DNA from: Amoebidium appalachense
Lineage: Eukaryota > Protista > Ichthyosporea
Direction of reading: 5' to 3'
Assembly (NCBI GenBank): GCA_963693365.1
Contig: CAVNZM010000011.1
Location: 5,165,921 to 5,229,920 of the forward strand
DNA: 64,000 nt
Below the pieces are notes generated by a model. That model was not told the origin of the DNA and did not search any database. It saw nothing but the letters and a program-made list of their open reading frames with translations. Made by a program: the position numbers and the translations under genes. The number at the start of each line of letters is the position of its first letter. The stretch's first letter is position 1. Positions 10,135 through 22,342 of this stretch are shown piece by piece.

Positions 10135-10142
10135 TATAAAAG
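10135..10142 (+). promoter_or_regulatory. TATA box TATAAAAG, preceded by several CCAAT boxes
   Basis: 85 nt upstream of ATG 10227; CCAATC repeated in 9940-10095; the same octamer precedes ORFs at 5133-5140 (-), 7532-7539 (+) and 13932-13939 (-). Confidence 0.6.
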
Positions 10143-10226
10143 CCCATACTCTCTTCAATCCACACACCTTTTCCATGTTAGCTAGCTTCTCCCTTGCCAC
10201 ACAACGTACATCCAACTGTCACGAAA

Positions 10227-10931
10227 ATGAGTTCTAACATCAAAGATCTAGAAAGGCGCGCTAAAAAAATAGAGACAAGACTCAAGACTTTGGAGGAGGA
10301 TGCAAAGGTCCTGCGGGACACCCAGACCCGTTTCGCGTGCGCCCTTGCTAGGCACGCCCGCATGGCTTTAAGCAAGCGCACCACTACAGCAGCAACCGTG
10401 GCACCCCCAGCAGCAACCGTGGCACCCCCTGTCCTGGCAGCGGCACCTGCACTTCGTGCTGGCGAGCATGGCAGCTCCTATCCCGTGGACTTGGCCCCCC
10501 AGCCCCTGCAGCGCTCACGTTTGCACATCACACAGGGGTCCAAGACACGGGAGAAACCACGAAGACAGCAGAAGAGGACACGAGAGGAAGTCAGAAGCTC
10601 TGGGTCGGAGGAGGAGCACCATTCTCCAGTGCCTCCTTGGTTCAACTGGAAGACCTTCACACAGGGGTCCAAGACACGGGAGAAACCACGAAGACAGCAG
10701 AAGAGGACACGAGAGGAAGTCAAAAGCTCTGGGTCGGAGGTACAGGAGGAAGTGCCTCCTTGGTTCAAGACCTTGCTATGGGGACCTGAGGAGTACTCGT
10801 CTTCTGAGGAGCACTCGTCTTCCGAGTCCAAGACCTTGACACGGGGACAGCAGAAAAGGGCACGAGCCAGTGAAGCCAGCAGCTCTGGGGCGTCTTCCGA
10901 GTCTTCAGACGGAGATATCAACTGGCCTTGA
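10227..10931 (+). CDS. Hypothetical protein with N-terminal coiled coil and internal duplicated basic/Ser-rich repeats (234 aa)
   Basis: ATG 10227; TQGSKTREKPRRQQKRTREEVxSSGSE...VPPWF present twice in frame. Confidence 0.6.
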   Translation: MSSNIKDLERRAKKIETRLKTLEEDAKVLRDTQTRFACALARHARMALSKRTTTAATVAPPAATVAPPVLAAAPALRAGEHGSSYPVDLAPQPLQRSRLHITQGSKTREKPRRQQKRTREEVRSSGSEEEHHSPVPPWFNWKTFTQGSKTREKPRRQQKRTREEVKSSGSEVQEEVPPWFKTLLWGPEEYSSSEEHSSSESKTLTRGQQKRARASEASSSGASSESSDGDINWP

Positions 10932-11010
10932 CACGGTGAAAAAAGGGGCCGCTATTAGAGAGTAGCCTCAGGCTATTCTAGTGCTTGTGTGCAGGTGTAC
11001 TTAACATTGA

Positions 11011-12195
11011 GTGTACTTAGGGTGGGGCTGTGCAGACGTGTACTTAAAGGGTGGGGCTGTGCAGACGTGTACTTAGGATGGTGCAGACGTGTACTTAAAG
11101 GGTGGGGCTGTGCAGACGTGTACTTAAAGGGTGGGGCTGTGCAGACGTGTACTTAGGGCTGTGCAGAGGTGTACTTAGGGTGGTGCAGAGGTGTACTTAG
11201 GGTGGTGCAGAGGTGTACTTAGGGTGGTGCAGACGTGTACTTAGGGTGGTGCAGAGGTGTACTTAGGGTGGTGCAGAGGTGTACTTAGGGCTGTGCAGAG
11301 GTGTACTTAGGGTGGTGCAGAGGTGTACTTAGGGTGGTGCAGAGGTGTACTTAGGGTGGTGCAGACGTGTACTTAGGGTGGTGCAGAGGTGTACTTAGGG
11401 TGGTGCAGACGTGTACTTAGGGTGGGGCTGTGCACCACAGTGTACTTAGGGTGGTGCAGACGTGTACTTAGGGTGGGGCTGTGCACCACAGTGTACTTAG
11501 GGTGGTGCAGACGTGTACTTAAAGGGTGGGGCTGTGCAGACGTGTACTTAGGGCTGTGCAGAGGTGTACTTAGGGTGGTGCAGAGGTGTACTTAGGGTGG
11601 TGCAGAGGTGTACTTAGGGTGGTGCAGACGTGTACTTAGGGTGGTGCAGAGGTGTACTTAGGGTGGTGCAGAGGTGTACTTAGGGCTGTGCAGAGGTGTA
11701 CTTAGGGTGGTGCAGAGGTGTACTTAGGGTGGTGCAGAGGTGTACTTAGGGTGGTGCAGACGTGTACTTAGGGTGGTGCAGAGGTGTACTTAGGGTGGTG
11801 CAGACGTGTACTTAGGGTGGGGCTGTGCACCACAGTGTACTTAGGGTGGTGCAGACGTGTACTTAGGGTGGGGCTGTGCACCACAGTGTACTTAGGGTGG
11901 TGCAGACGTGTACTTAGGGTGGTGCAGAGTGTACTTAGGGTGGTGCAGAGGTGTACTTAGGGCTGTGCAGAGGTGTACTTAGGGTGGTGCAGAGGTGTAC
12001 TTAGGGTGGTGCAGAGGTGTACTTAGGGTGGTGCAGACGTGTACTTAGGGTGGTGCAGAGGTGTACTTAGGGTGGTGCAGACGTGTACTTAGGGTGGGGC
12101 TGTGCACCACAGTGTACTTAGGGTGGTGCAGACGTGTACTTAGGGTGGGGCTGTGCACCACAGTGTACTTAGGGTGGTGCAGACGTGTACTTAGG
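11011..12195 (+). repeat. 22-bp minisatellite GGTGTACTTAGGGTGGTGCAGA (~50 units) with variant units and higher-order repetition
   Basis: Directly visible; variants GGGGCTGTGCACCACA and AAAGGG recur in ~400-bp blocks. Confidence 0.95.
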
Positions 12196-12600
12196 TGGGT
12201 GTCTTGTGGTGAAAGTAAAGTTTATGGCATACAGGCAGATGTGTGCTTTAAGCCTTAGGGAACTGTGGGCAGACATGTCAACACTTGGGCCTATGGGTAG
12301 ACGTGTACACACTTAGTGTATTTGTTTGTGTCTCTCATGGTTATTTTATAGCATGAAGCACTGCAAAAAATGGTGTATGTTTCCGTGGTCCACGTACACA
12401 GAATCCTTTAATATGAACACAAGTGATTGTATAGAAAAAGAGTACGTACGTACATGATAGTCTAGTCAGATTACAAAGAACAAATCAACTTGGACCGAGT
12501 ATATTCAAATACAAACTAAAAGAGAAAAGAAACAAATAAATCAAGACCGATCAATTCAAATACAAATCAAAAGAGAATGCCACTTAGTCGACCAATCAAA

Positions 12601-13836
12601 TCAGTACATCTCATGCTCATACTGGTCAAACTCTTCCTGGTCAAGATCAATGAGGGGAATTTCTTCAGTTTGTTTATGTTTGGGTTCAGGTTTGCGGTCA
12701 TACACGACCGACTCACGATCAGACGCAGATTCGTCATCTGTCATATCATCGAGTACCTGATTTGCCCGTCGTTTGAGCCGCTTGGGGTTGAATGCTTCAT
12801 CTGAGTCCCAATCACATTGATCATGGACGCGTTTGGCGGGTGAGGCAGGTGAAGAGACAGACTCATTACCACCTGTGTATGCCTTCAAGTTCTTCTCCCG
12901 TCGCAGAATCTTCCTTCGGATGCTTTTTATGGTGTTTTGGGCTGCACACACAGCAGCAATGGCCAGGCCCTCCGCCATTTCATCTTCAGCCGCCTTTGCC
13001 TCTTTGACACGCTCTCGAGCATTCTGGAGCTCCCCCCTCACACTAGTTAGCTGTGCATCGAGGTCCATCGTATGGTCATGCAACGAAGTCTCAGGTGTTT
13101 TGGTGTGCTTGGGCCTGGGCTTAGCGGCAGGGGTGGTCTTGGCAGGAGTGGTCTTGGTGGTAGGGGTGGTCTTGGCAGGAGTGGTCTTGGTGGTAGGGGT
13201 GGTCTTGGCAGGAGTGGTCTTGGTGGTAGGGGTGGTCTTGGCAGGAGTGGTCTTGGCGGCAGGGGTGGGGGCAGTCACAGGGGCGGTCTTTGCGACAGGG
13301 GTGGGGGCAGTCACAGGGGCGGTCTTTGCGACAGGGGTGGGGGCAGTCACAGGGGCGGTCTTTGCGACAGGGGTGGGGGCAGTCACAGGGGCGGTCTTTG
13401 CGACAGGGGTGGGGGCAGTCACAGGGGTGGTCTTTGCGGCAGGGGGGGGGGCAGTCACAGTGGTGGTGTTGGCGGCAGGGGTGGGGTCAGCAGTCACAGT
13501 GGTGGTGTTGGCGGCAATGGTAGTCTTGCGAGGGCCACTGAAAATGTAGTTTTCATAGGCCACCTGGCCATCCCGACGGGGTGCTGCAGCCCGTTGCAGG
13601 CTGGCAAGCTCGGCCTGCAGGGTCTTGATCTGCTCTTCGGCTGCCCTCAGTCGTGCCTCTACATCAGAGGGCTGGGGTTGGGGGGGTCGGGGGGTACGCG
13701 CAGCATTCTCATTGGTCACTTGACTGCGGAGGCTGATGAGGTCGGTGTGCAGGGCCGTTAAGCGAGACGAATGGTCCGTGTACAGAAAATCAAAGCGCTT
13801 CTGCAGCTGTTGAAGCTCCTCTTTCAAAGAATCCAT
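12601..13836 (-). CDS. Coiled-coil protein with central Thr/Pro/Ala repeat linker (411 aa)
   Basis: Heptads at both ends; in-frame repeats PVTAPTPVAKTA and KTTPAKTTPTT; basic NLS-like and acidic tail; TATAAAAG 96 nt upstream. Confidence 0.75.
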   Translation of the reverse strand: MDSLKEELQQLQKRFDFLYTDHSSRLTALHTDLISLRSQVTNENAARTPRPPQPQPSDVEARLRAAEEQIKTLQAELASLQRAAAPRRDGQVAYENYIFSGPRKTTIAANTTTVTADPTPAANTTTVTAPPPAAKTTPVTAPTPVAKTAPVTAPTPVAKTAPVTAPTPVAKTAPVTAPTPVAKTAPVTAPTPAAKTTPAKTTPTTKTTPAKTTPTTKTTPAKTTPTTKTTPAKTTPAAKPRPKHTKTPETSLHDHTMDLDAQLTSVRGELQNARERVKEAKAAEDEMAEGLAIAAVCAAQNTIKSIRRKILRREKNLKAYTGGNESVSSPASPAKRVHDQCDWDSDEAFNPKRLKRRANQVLDDMTDDESASDRESVVYDRKPEPKHKQTEEIPLIDLDQEEFDQYEHEMY

Positions 13837-14048
13837 GTTTCGTGTGAGTGTTTGAAAAACAAGTTTGTTGTGTGTCGCCTTTTACTATTGAGTGTCAGTG
13901 TTGAAATGAGTGAATGTGACCGTGTGTGCTGCTTTTATATGCCACGGTACAAAGCAGCTTACAGCAATGGTGCCAAGGCTCAATGGGATAGATCTGACCA
14001 ATCAACGGTCATTGTCACTCAAACGGCTTTGATGATTGGCAAAGTATC

Positions 14049-14257
14049 ACGTCTAAGCTTGATGAAAACAAACCCGTGGCTGCTAACCATTGGCTGTGTA
14101 TAGATCTAACCAAAAAAGGAAGGCACAACAAATTAGTGCCCTGCACACGGAGCATGACTATAGGCTGTTTAGACACCACACGTGTAGGGCACTGCCTCTT
14201 GGCACCAACCAGAAGAGGGTAGAAATTGTGCCCTGCACACGGAGCATGACTATAGGC
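14049..14257. repeat. Right arm of ~210-bp inverted repeat (partner 8650-8859)
   Basis: ACGTCTAAGCTTGATGAAAACAAACCCGTGGCTGCTAACC... is the reverse complement of the 8650-8859 block. Confidence 0.92.
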
Positions 14258-14737
14258 TGTTTAGACACCACACGTGTAGGGCACTGCCTCTTGGCACCAA
14301 CCAGAAGAGGGTAGAAATTGTGCCCTGCACACGGAGCATGACTATAGGCTGTTTAGACACCACACGTGTAGGGCACTGCCTCTTGGCACCAACCAGAAGA
14401 GGGTAGAAATTGTGCCCTGCACACGGAGCATGACTATAGGCTGTTTAGACACCACACGTGTAGGGCACTGCCTCTTGGCACCAACCAGAAGAGGGTAGAA
14501 ATTGTGCCCTGCACACGGAGCATGCCTATAGGCTGTTTAGACACCACACGTGTAGGGCACTGCCTCTTGGCACCAACCAGAAGAGGGTAGAAATTGTGCC
14601 CTGCACACGGAGCATGCCTATAGGCTGTTTAGACACCACACGTGTAGGGCACTGCCTCTTGGCACCAACCAGAAGAGGGTAGAAATTGTGCCCTGCACAC
14701 GGAGCATGCCTATAGGCTGTTTAGACACCACACGTGT
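14136..14737 (+). repeat. 92-bp tandem array, ~6.5 near-identical copies
   Basis: Units start at 14136, 14228, 14320, 14412, 14504, 14596 and 14688; a single GACTATAG/GCCTATAG polymorphism. Confidence 0.97.
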
Positions 14738-14814
14738 TGTGGCTTCTGCCTTTATCACCCACACACCCACACGTGCCAACATACACTATCCTCCCCGTGA
14801 GTGGCATGCCAGTC

Positions 14815-15231
14815 CCCCCTGCCCCCCTGCCCCCCTGCCTCCCCTGCTCCCCAGCCCCCCTGCCCCCCTGCCCCCCTGCCCCCCTGCCCCCCTGCCCCCC
14901 TGCCCCCCTGCCCCCCTGCCCCCCTGCCTGCCGGAACCAGGCCCCCCAGTGGTGGCATTCCAACACGTGCATGCTAGAAGATCGTGCTACATGAACAAAT
15001 GGTCTTAACTCAGCCATACACACAACCATGGTTCCCCCACTCTCCCCAGCCTCCTGTGCACGTGTGCCCTCCCCTGCCCCCCTGCCCCCCCTGCTGCCGG
15101 AACCACGGCCCCCAGTGGTGGCAGTGAGTGTCCCCCCTGCCTCCCCTGCACGTGTGTCCCCCCTGCCTCCCCTGCACGTGTGCCCCCCCTGCCTCCCCTG
15201 CCTCCCGGAACCACGCCCCGGCGCAGTGGCA
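14815..15231 (+). repeat. C-rich 9-bp repeats (CCCCCTGCC) with three CCGGAACCA...GTGGCA units
   Basis: Visible low-complexity subterminal repeats. Confidence 0.8.
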
Positions 15232-16219
15232 GCTATTTTTAGATATAGAGATTCCATGGCCACATGGCCAGATGGCCAGATCATTTTGCTCACCGTTTTA
15301 TCCCGTTTTATCCACCTTTTTCCACACACTGAATTTGACCTGGCCATCTGGCCATCTGGGTAGAGACCGTTTTCTGTTCTAATATTGGAGAACTGTCTGA
15401 TGGTGATAGCAAATGTCATTCGAAGAACAATCGGGAAACCCCGTGGTGTGACAACCAATCAGAATGAAGCAAACCTTTTTCAAACCTTAATTTTACTATG
15501 AAGCAGTTCGCGTATCAAAGCAACGGATCAGTTTTTTGAAAAATTAGATACCAAGGCTGATTTGCGGACAGACCGCGGATCTACAACCTGGCCAGATCCA
15601 CTTCTGACTTTAGGTGACTCGGACTGGGACTACCCACAAGTGCATAAAAAACAAAAAACAAACAGAATGTGATGATTTACACTTTTATCGATGAAGCTTT
15701 ATAAATTTTGCCACTTTTCAACTTTAGCCTTTATAAACAACCTACAAACGTGGCGGGTTCCAAGTCACGTTCATGTCACATTTCACAACGGTTACGTAAT
15801 CACCTCACCGGTTGGCTGACAGTCGCCGACTCATGTGTCAGGCAGCCCCCCCCCCCCCCCTCCCCCCCCCCCCCCCCCCCCCCCCCCCTCCCAGCCCCCT
15901 CCCTCCCTCCCTCCCCCCCCATTACTAAGTTATACACTACGGACCAGCCTCATACAGTATACATACAGTGTACATACAGTACAGTAATAATAGTTATAGG
16001 AGAGAAGATAGCTATATCGATATACGAGTGTACTTCCTATTCTTGTGTCTACCACGACGTGTGTGTTCGTCAAGTCGTGGACTTTGAAGCGGTATATATG
16101 AAGCATGACATAGTGGGGCTGTATATATGTGCTCCGTACAATAACTATGTCGATACGTCAGCGGTGCACCATCTGGCCCTATGACACATAGCCACACGAC
16201 CTTTAACCTGGTTGAATGA

Positions 16220-17280
<1,061 letters not shown>

Positions 17281-17561
17281 TAGAAAGAGGGGGGCGGAGG
17301 GGGTGAGGGGAGAAGGGAATTCGAGGGCATAGAAAAACTAGGGAACAACTCAATTGAGGACAGCTCACCACAAAGAGGCTGAGCATCGTGTAGATTAAAT
17401 TTACAACACACCAGGTCCTGCCGGTGTGGACAGCGTTCAAGATCTGAAAAACGGCTGGTGCCAACTACAGAGGATTTTCAAAAGTTTTTTTTTTTTTTTT
17501 TTTTTTTTTTTTGGTGGAGGAAGGGGAGGATTGGGAGGGGAGGGCTGGGGAGGGGGGTGTT

Positions 17562-17597
<36 letters not shown>

Positions 17598-18240
17598 GGG
17601 GAGGGGCTGGCTGGCTTGTATAAGATAAAAGGGGTGAAGTGCACGTGGTGTGTGACCTTCCAATTTTTGTTCTGCCTCGACGGTCCACCGGTCTGGCCGC
17701 CCCCTAGAAGCCATCACCCCAGACCACGCCAAGCAGCACCACCAATTTGTTATTATCCGGCCGCAAGACATAACGTCATGAACAGCACCGGCCCTCTGAC
17801 GTCGACGGCACGCCGCTTGGGCATCCTGGCCCAACGTTCAGGTGGGAGACCAATCCGAGTCACCGGCCACGGTTCGGGTCAGCGTCCTGGGCATGGGGTC
17901 TTCCCTTTCAAGTCTTTATGTTTGTGTATGTGTCCCGGGTCGCTCCCGGCTGGTGTTGTTAAAGTGAGCTGTGCTCACTTCCCCACTAGCGTTGCTGCGG
18001 CTAGAACCGTGGGATAAGGCGTAACTAAAAATAGTGCCAGTTGGGGTCAACTTGTAGAATCCTGACATATGAGTGTGCTATACAGTACGATCTGTGTCTA
18101 GGCGGAAGACGGTAAGCTCCCCTGAGGCAGTGCCTCGCCGGGAGTGAAACGGAATAAAATAAAAAAACACGTGGTGTGTGACGGAACAGTGTGTGTGCAT
18201 GTGTGTGTGTGTACGTGTGTGTGCGCGCGCGCGCGCGCGC

Positions 18241-18303
<63 letters not shown>

Positions 18304-18430
18304 CGTGCGTGCGTGTGTGCGTGTGTGTTTAGGGTAGAAACCGGAGAGGAGGATGGGGACAGAGAGGCCGAACCTGTTAGCGTGTGGACAGCCCTATACT
18401 TAATTTGACCAACCACAGGTGTCTGCATGT

Positions 18431-18525
<95 letters not shown>

Positions 18526-19985
18526 TTCCTAATTTTTGAAATTATGTGTTCTTTCCCTGGGCAGAAACGATCTGAAAATCAAGCTCAAATCTTCCGGAAC
18601 CACGGTTCGAGTCTAGATGATGTACATACGGCTAAACACGCCATAAACCTATAGTTTGTCTATAAACGGTTTGAACACAATGACCTAGAAAACAAAAGAT
18701 AAGGGCTCCAAAGAAACCCAAGGTCGTGGTGCACAATGAAAAAGAAACACTACCGTTCAAAAGCATACATGCCTCTTAAAGTTTAACCGTTGTTGGTAAT
18801 AAACCAGTTCATCTAGTCACGACCATATGTTTACGAATGCAGCAGTCTACCAAGTATTCCGTGCATGTTTGTCTCCCCAGAATCATAGTAAGTTACCAGT
18901 CACCAACAAAAATCCAGTCGGACACACCTGCACACACACACAAACAGGGAATGTGGGGGGGGGGGGAGGGGGGGAGAGAGAGGGGGGAATGCATAATAAA
19001 CTCATGTGTCCGTGTGAGAGAAAAGAAATGGCCCCCCGAGGGGGAGGGTGTTGGGGGGGGGGGGGGGGGGGGGGGGGGGGTTGGAGGGGGGAGGGGAGGA
19101 GGCCGGGGGGGCGGGGGGGGGATATCTTGAAACCCAATATCTCAGGCGAATCAAACATACCCCAACCGGCAGATGCACCTATGCTGTTACTGCGTTTTTG
19201 AGGGGTAAAAAAAGGGTTGTTAGCCAATTGCAGACACATGCGTATACACGTAAGCGAAAGACCGAATGCTTGTCAATGCTAACATACTACTCCCCGGTGT
19301 GTTCGTGTACAAATGCGGCGGCGGGAGACTGGAGAGGACTCCCAAGTTTCAATGTTCACGTTTCGGGAATGTATGTAAACCGCTGCTAAATCATAGTACT
19401 ATTATGACGCTGATACATATGCATAGTCATGGCTGCGCACTGCAGTGCACGGATGGGGCTGGCGCCGGGGGCACCCCTCCTCGGGTGCCCCCCCCCCCCC
19501 CCCCCCCCCCCCCCTCCCCCCCCCCCCCCACCCCAGCCGCGGCGGTGGGTGTGTCCCGTCTCCCTCCCCCCACCCCCTTTTTTTTTTTTTTTTTTTTTTT
19601 TCCCCTCCAAATCCCGTTTTGTTCCCGGAGGGACCTTTTGGGCCCTCAGGGGGAACTACCGTCTGGACCACCCAGTACCGACAGTACTCTAGCTAGGGTG
19701 CTACGGTATATTATTAGCTAAGCTAACACACCTTTAAACAATTAGGCGTAACTATTTGCACACACTTAGCCCAGGGTATTCACCCCAGCCACGCCGGTGG
19801 GTAACCCCTCCCAAAAATAAAGTCTCTCTTTTCTATGGGGGGGCCCCCCGACCCCCTCCTCCCGAGGCTCCCCCCTCCCCCCTCCCCACCCCTCTCCCCC
19901 CCCTCCCCAAACCTCTGCTAGCTAGCCTAAGGGGTGCGTGGGTCCCCTCTCCCCAGAGGGTGGGACCCACCGGTCCAACCCCCCC

Positions 19986-20016
<31 letters not shown>

Positions 20017-20050
20017 AAGTAAAGCTTCTTGGTCCTCCTTCCCCCCCCTC

Positions 20051-20084
<34 letters not shown>

Positions 20085-20270
20085 CCCACCCTTCCCCCCT
20101 TGCCCCCCCGATTTTTAAATTCAGGAATCCTCATTCCGTGTAAGCTCCTTGAGTTGAGCCAGTCTTCACATTGCTCTTGTGTGCGTGTGCTTGTGTGCGC
20201 GTGTTTGCGTGTGTTTGTGCCACTATTATTAGTGTTGTTGCCGGCTTGGTGTGTGTGTGGGTGGGTGGGT

Positions 20271-20302
<32 letters not shown>

Positions 20303-20723
20303 GTCCGGGTTGGTTGGTTGCGATTGGTCAGCTGTTCGCGCCAAAATTTGCGATAATCACGTCATCATTTTGTTTTCGTTGTTTCAGGAAGCTCTCTGAC
20401 GGTTTTGCTTTAAATTTGTCAGACTTGGTATTGTCTACCAGCAGAAAGGTTTTTCCTTTTTTTTATGTTTTCACTCACACTTACTGTAGCTCCACTTACA
20501 CCTGCAGTGAACTATACTTAGCACCAAGTTCCTTGGCAAAAATCAGGCCTTGTAAGGCTTGGTGTTGGGTGTTCTTCCTATTCATAATCTGAACTTTCCG
20601 TTTATCGCCCTGCCTTTTCTTCCTTTTTCCTTCCTTTTGCTTTTTCGTTCACCCATACCCGATCCACGAAGTATACACCACCTGTCGTTGGTTTCGCCAC
20701 CTTCCCTTGCACACACCAACACC

Positions 20724-22276
20724 ATGGCAGCGGCTGGCAATCCTCCCGCTTCTTTCCCTCCGCAAGATCCAAACGACCCCTTCTTGTTTTCGGATGATGA
20801 AGATCTAGACGACATCATGTTTGGCGAGGTTGATGTTGATGTCACAAGAGAATCCGCACGGTTGCTTGGCCAGATACGACAATAGGGTTTTGTTTGGTAC
20901 CTAGTGTTATCGCCATGAACGAGTGCCTTGACATGGTTGCAGACCCAACCCACCCGCGCATCAAGAAAATGGAGCAACACGACCTGGACAAAGGTGAATC
21001 ATGCCCAGACACACTCTATGTTGAGTTCAAGTCAAGCGTTCCCATGATCAAATGGAAGGCTAAAGCGGAGGAGCTTTTCGCCAACACCAAGCAAGCGCCT
21101 ACGAATGGCAGTGTGGCTATGCGCAGTTGGATTAACAACACCCAGTTTGCTGATGTTTCGTTCATCCTGTCCTCAACGGGCGAGAAGATATACGCACACA
21201 AGGTCATTCTTGCCGCCCGCTCGGAGAAATTTGCGGCCATGTTTCGCTTTCACGACCTTGCCACACCGGGACAGGTCTCTTCCTTACACATCGATTGCAA
21301 CGAGGTGGTAGTGTTTCATGCGCTCCTCGAATTCCTTTATACAGAGACCACATCCTACGACACACGTCATGCGCTGATGAAGCTACCAGGGAAACATGGC
21401 TACCAACATCTACTCGTTTGGCGAACGAATATGGGTGCCCAGACCTTGTGTCGCTGTGTGAGGGATCGGTTACGAGGGAGTTAGGCGTGGAGGACAGGGG
21501 GAGAGATTATTATGGTGTGTATGAGAGGAACCATGAGGAGAAAAACCAGGCGAGGGACCGAATGATGAAGGAAAACGTGGTGCAAGCTCTCAACCTACTT
21601 GCCTTTGCAGATAGACACATTGCACCCCGACTTCGCTCTTACGCACTGTATATTCTTCTTGCGAACACGCACTACACCAAGTTCTTTTTGGGCGACGAGG
21701 AGGCAGTAGCAGATGTGTTTGGAGGCGAGGATGGTGGGGAAAGCGATGCTGTTTTGGGGGAATTGAAGAGATTGGTTACGTTGGTCCCGGATGATGTGAT
21801 GGCTGGAACATGGACAACCACGGCACTTGATCAGGATCGACCTGTCTGTCCCCCGGAGGAACTATACGTCACACATCCCGAATTCTCACCCGTTCACGTC
21901 GACGAGAAAGAGGCGGAGAAAAATCGCGCGAAAGATGGTAGAGGAGGAGGGCAGCACACGTGAAATGCTTCGGGCCATTCTGCAGTTGGATGCGAATCGG
22001 GGGTTTGGGCATTTGCAGGAAGCGAGTGACCTGGATTGCAGCATGAGAGCGGAGGTGATTCCCGAAACATGGCAGGTTCTAAAAACGGAAGCACGTCTGA
22101 TGAGCTATGACACCGACGGGATCTGGGCAGAGGAGGAGGAGGAGGAAGATCAGTGCGACGTATATGAGGAGGCAATTAATGAGTGGCGGGTGAACGATGT
22201 GAAAAGGAAGATTGTGGGGGCGCTGCAAATGAAAAAGGGAGGCACTCCGTGTGAATTAATAGAGGGAGGGGCGGGG

Positions 22277-22321
<45 letters not shown>

Positions 22322-22342
22322 GGGGGGGGGCTTCCGACATAA
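20724..22342 (+). pseudogene. Intronless BTB/POZ(-BACK-like) domain gene with ~3 frameshifts
   Basis: FADVSFIL...IYAHKVILAARSEKFAAMF...FHALLEFLYT (BTB), then LANEYGCPDLVSLCE and LLAFADRHIAPRLRSYAL in another frame; segments 20724-20885, 20894-~21415, ~21415-~21930 and ~21930-22342. Confidence 0.8.

Larger units (their letters stand above)
1..15642. mobile_element. Right part of a large gene-dense virus-like / giant transposon-like island (left end outside window)
   Basis: About 12 compact, apparently intronless ORFs (SF3 helicase, Fic, C2H2 fingers, orphans), almost no (GT)n or poly-G tracts, large tandem arrays near the right end, and an abrupt switch to microsatellite-rich host DNA after ~15.8 kb. 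The right boundary is tentative (...ACTACCCACAAGTG at 15642). No capsid, polymerase or transposase is visible in the window. Confidence 0.7.

Noticed and set aside
11011-14737. CRISPR-like array (22-bp and 92-bp repeats)
   Set aside because: Units are head-to-tail with no unique spacers, there are no cas genes, and the context is eukaryotic.
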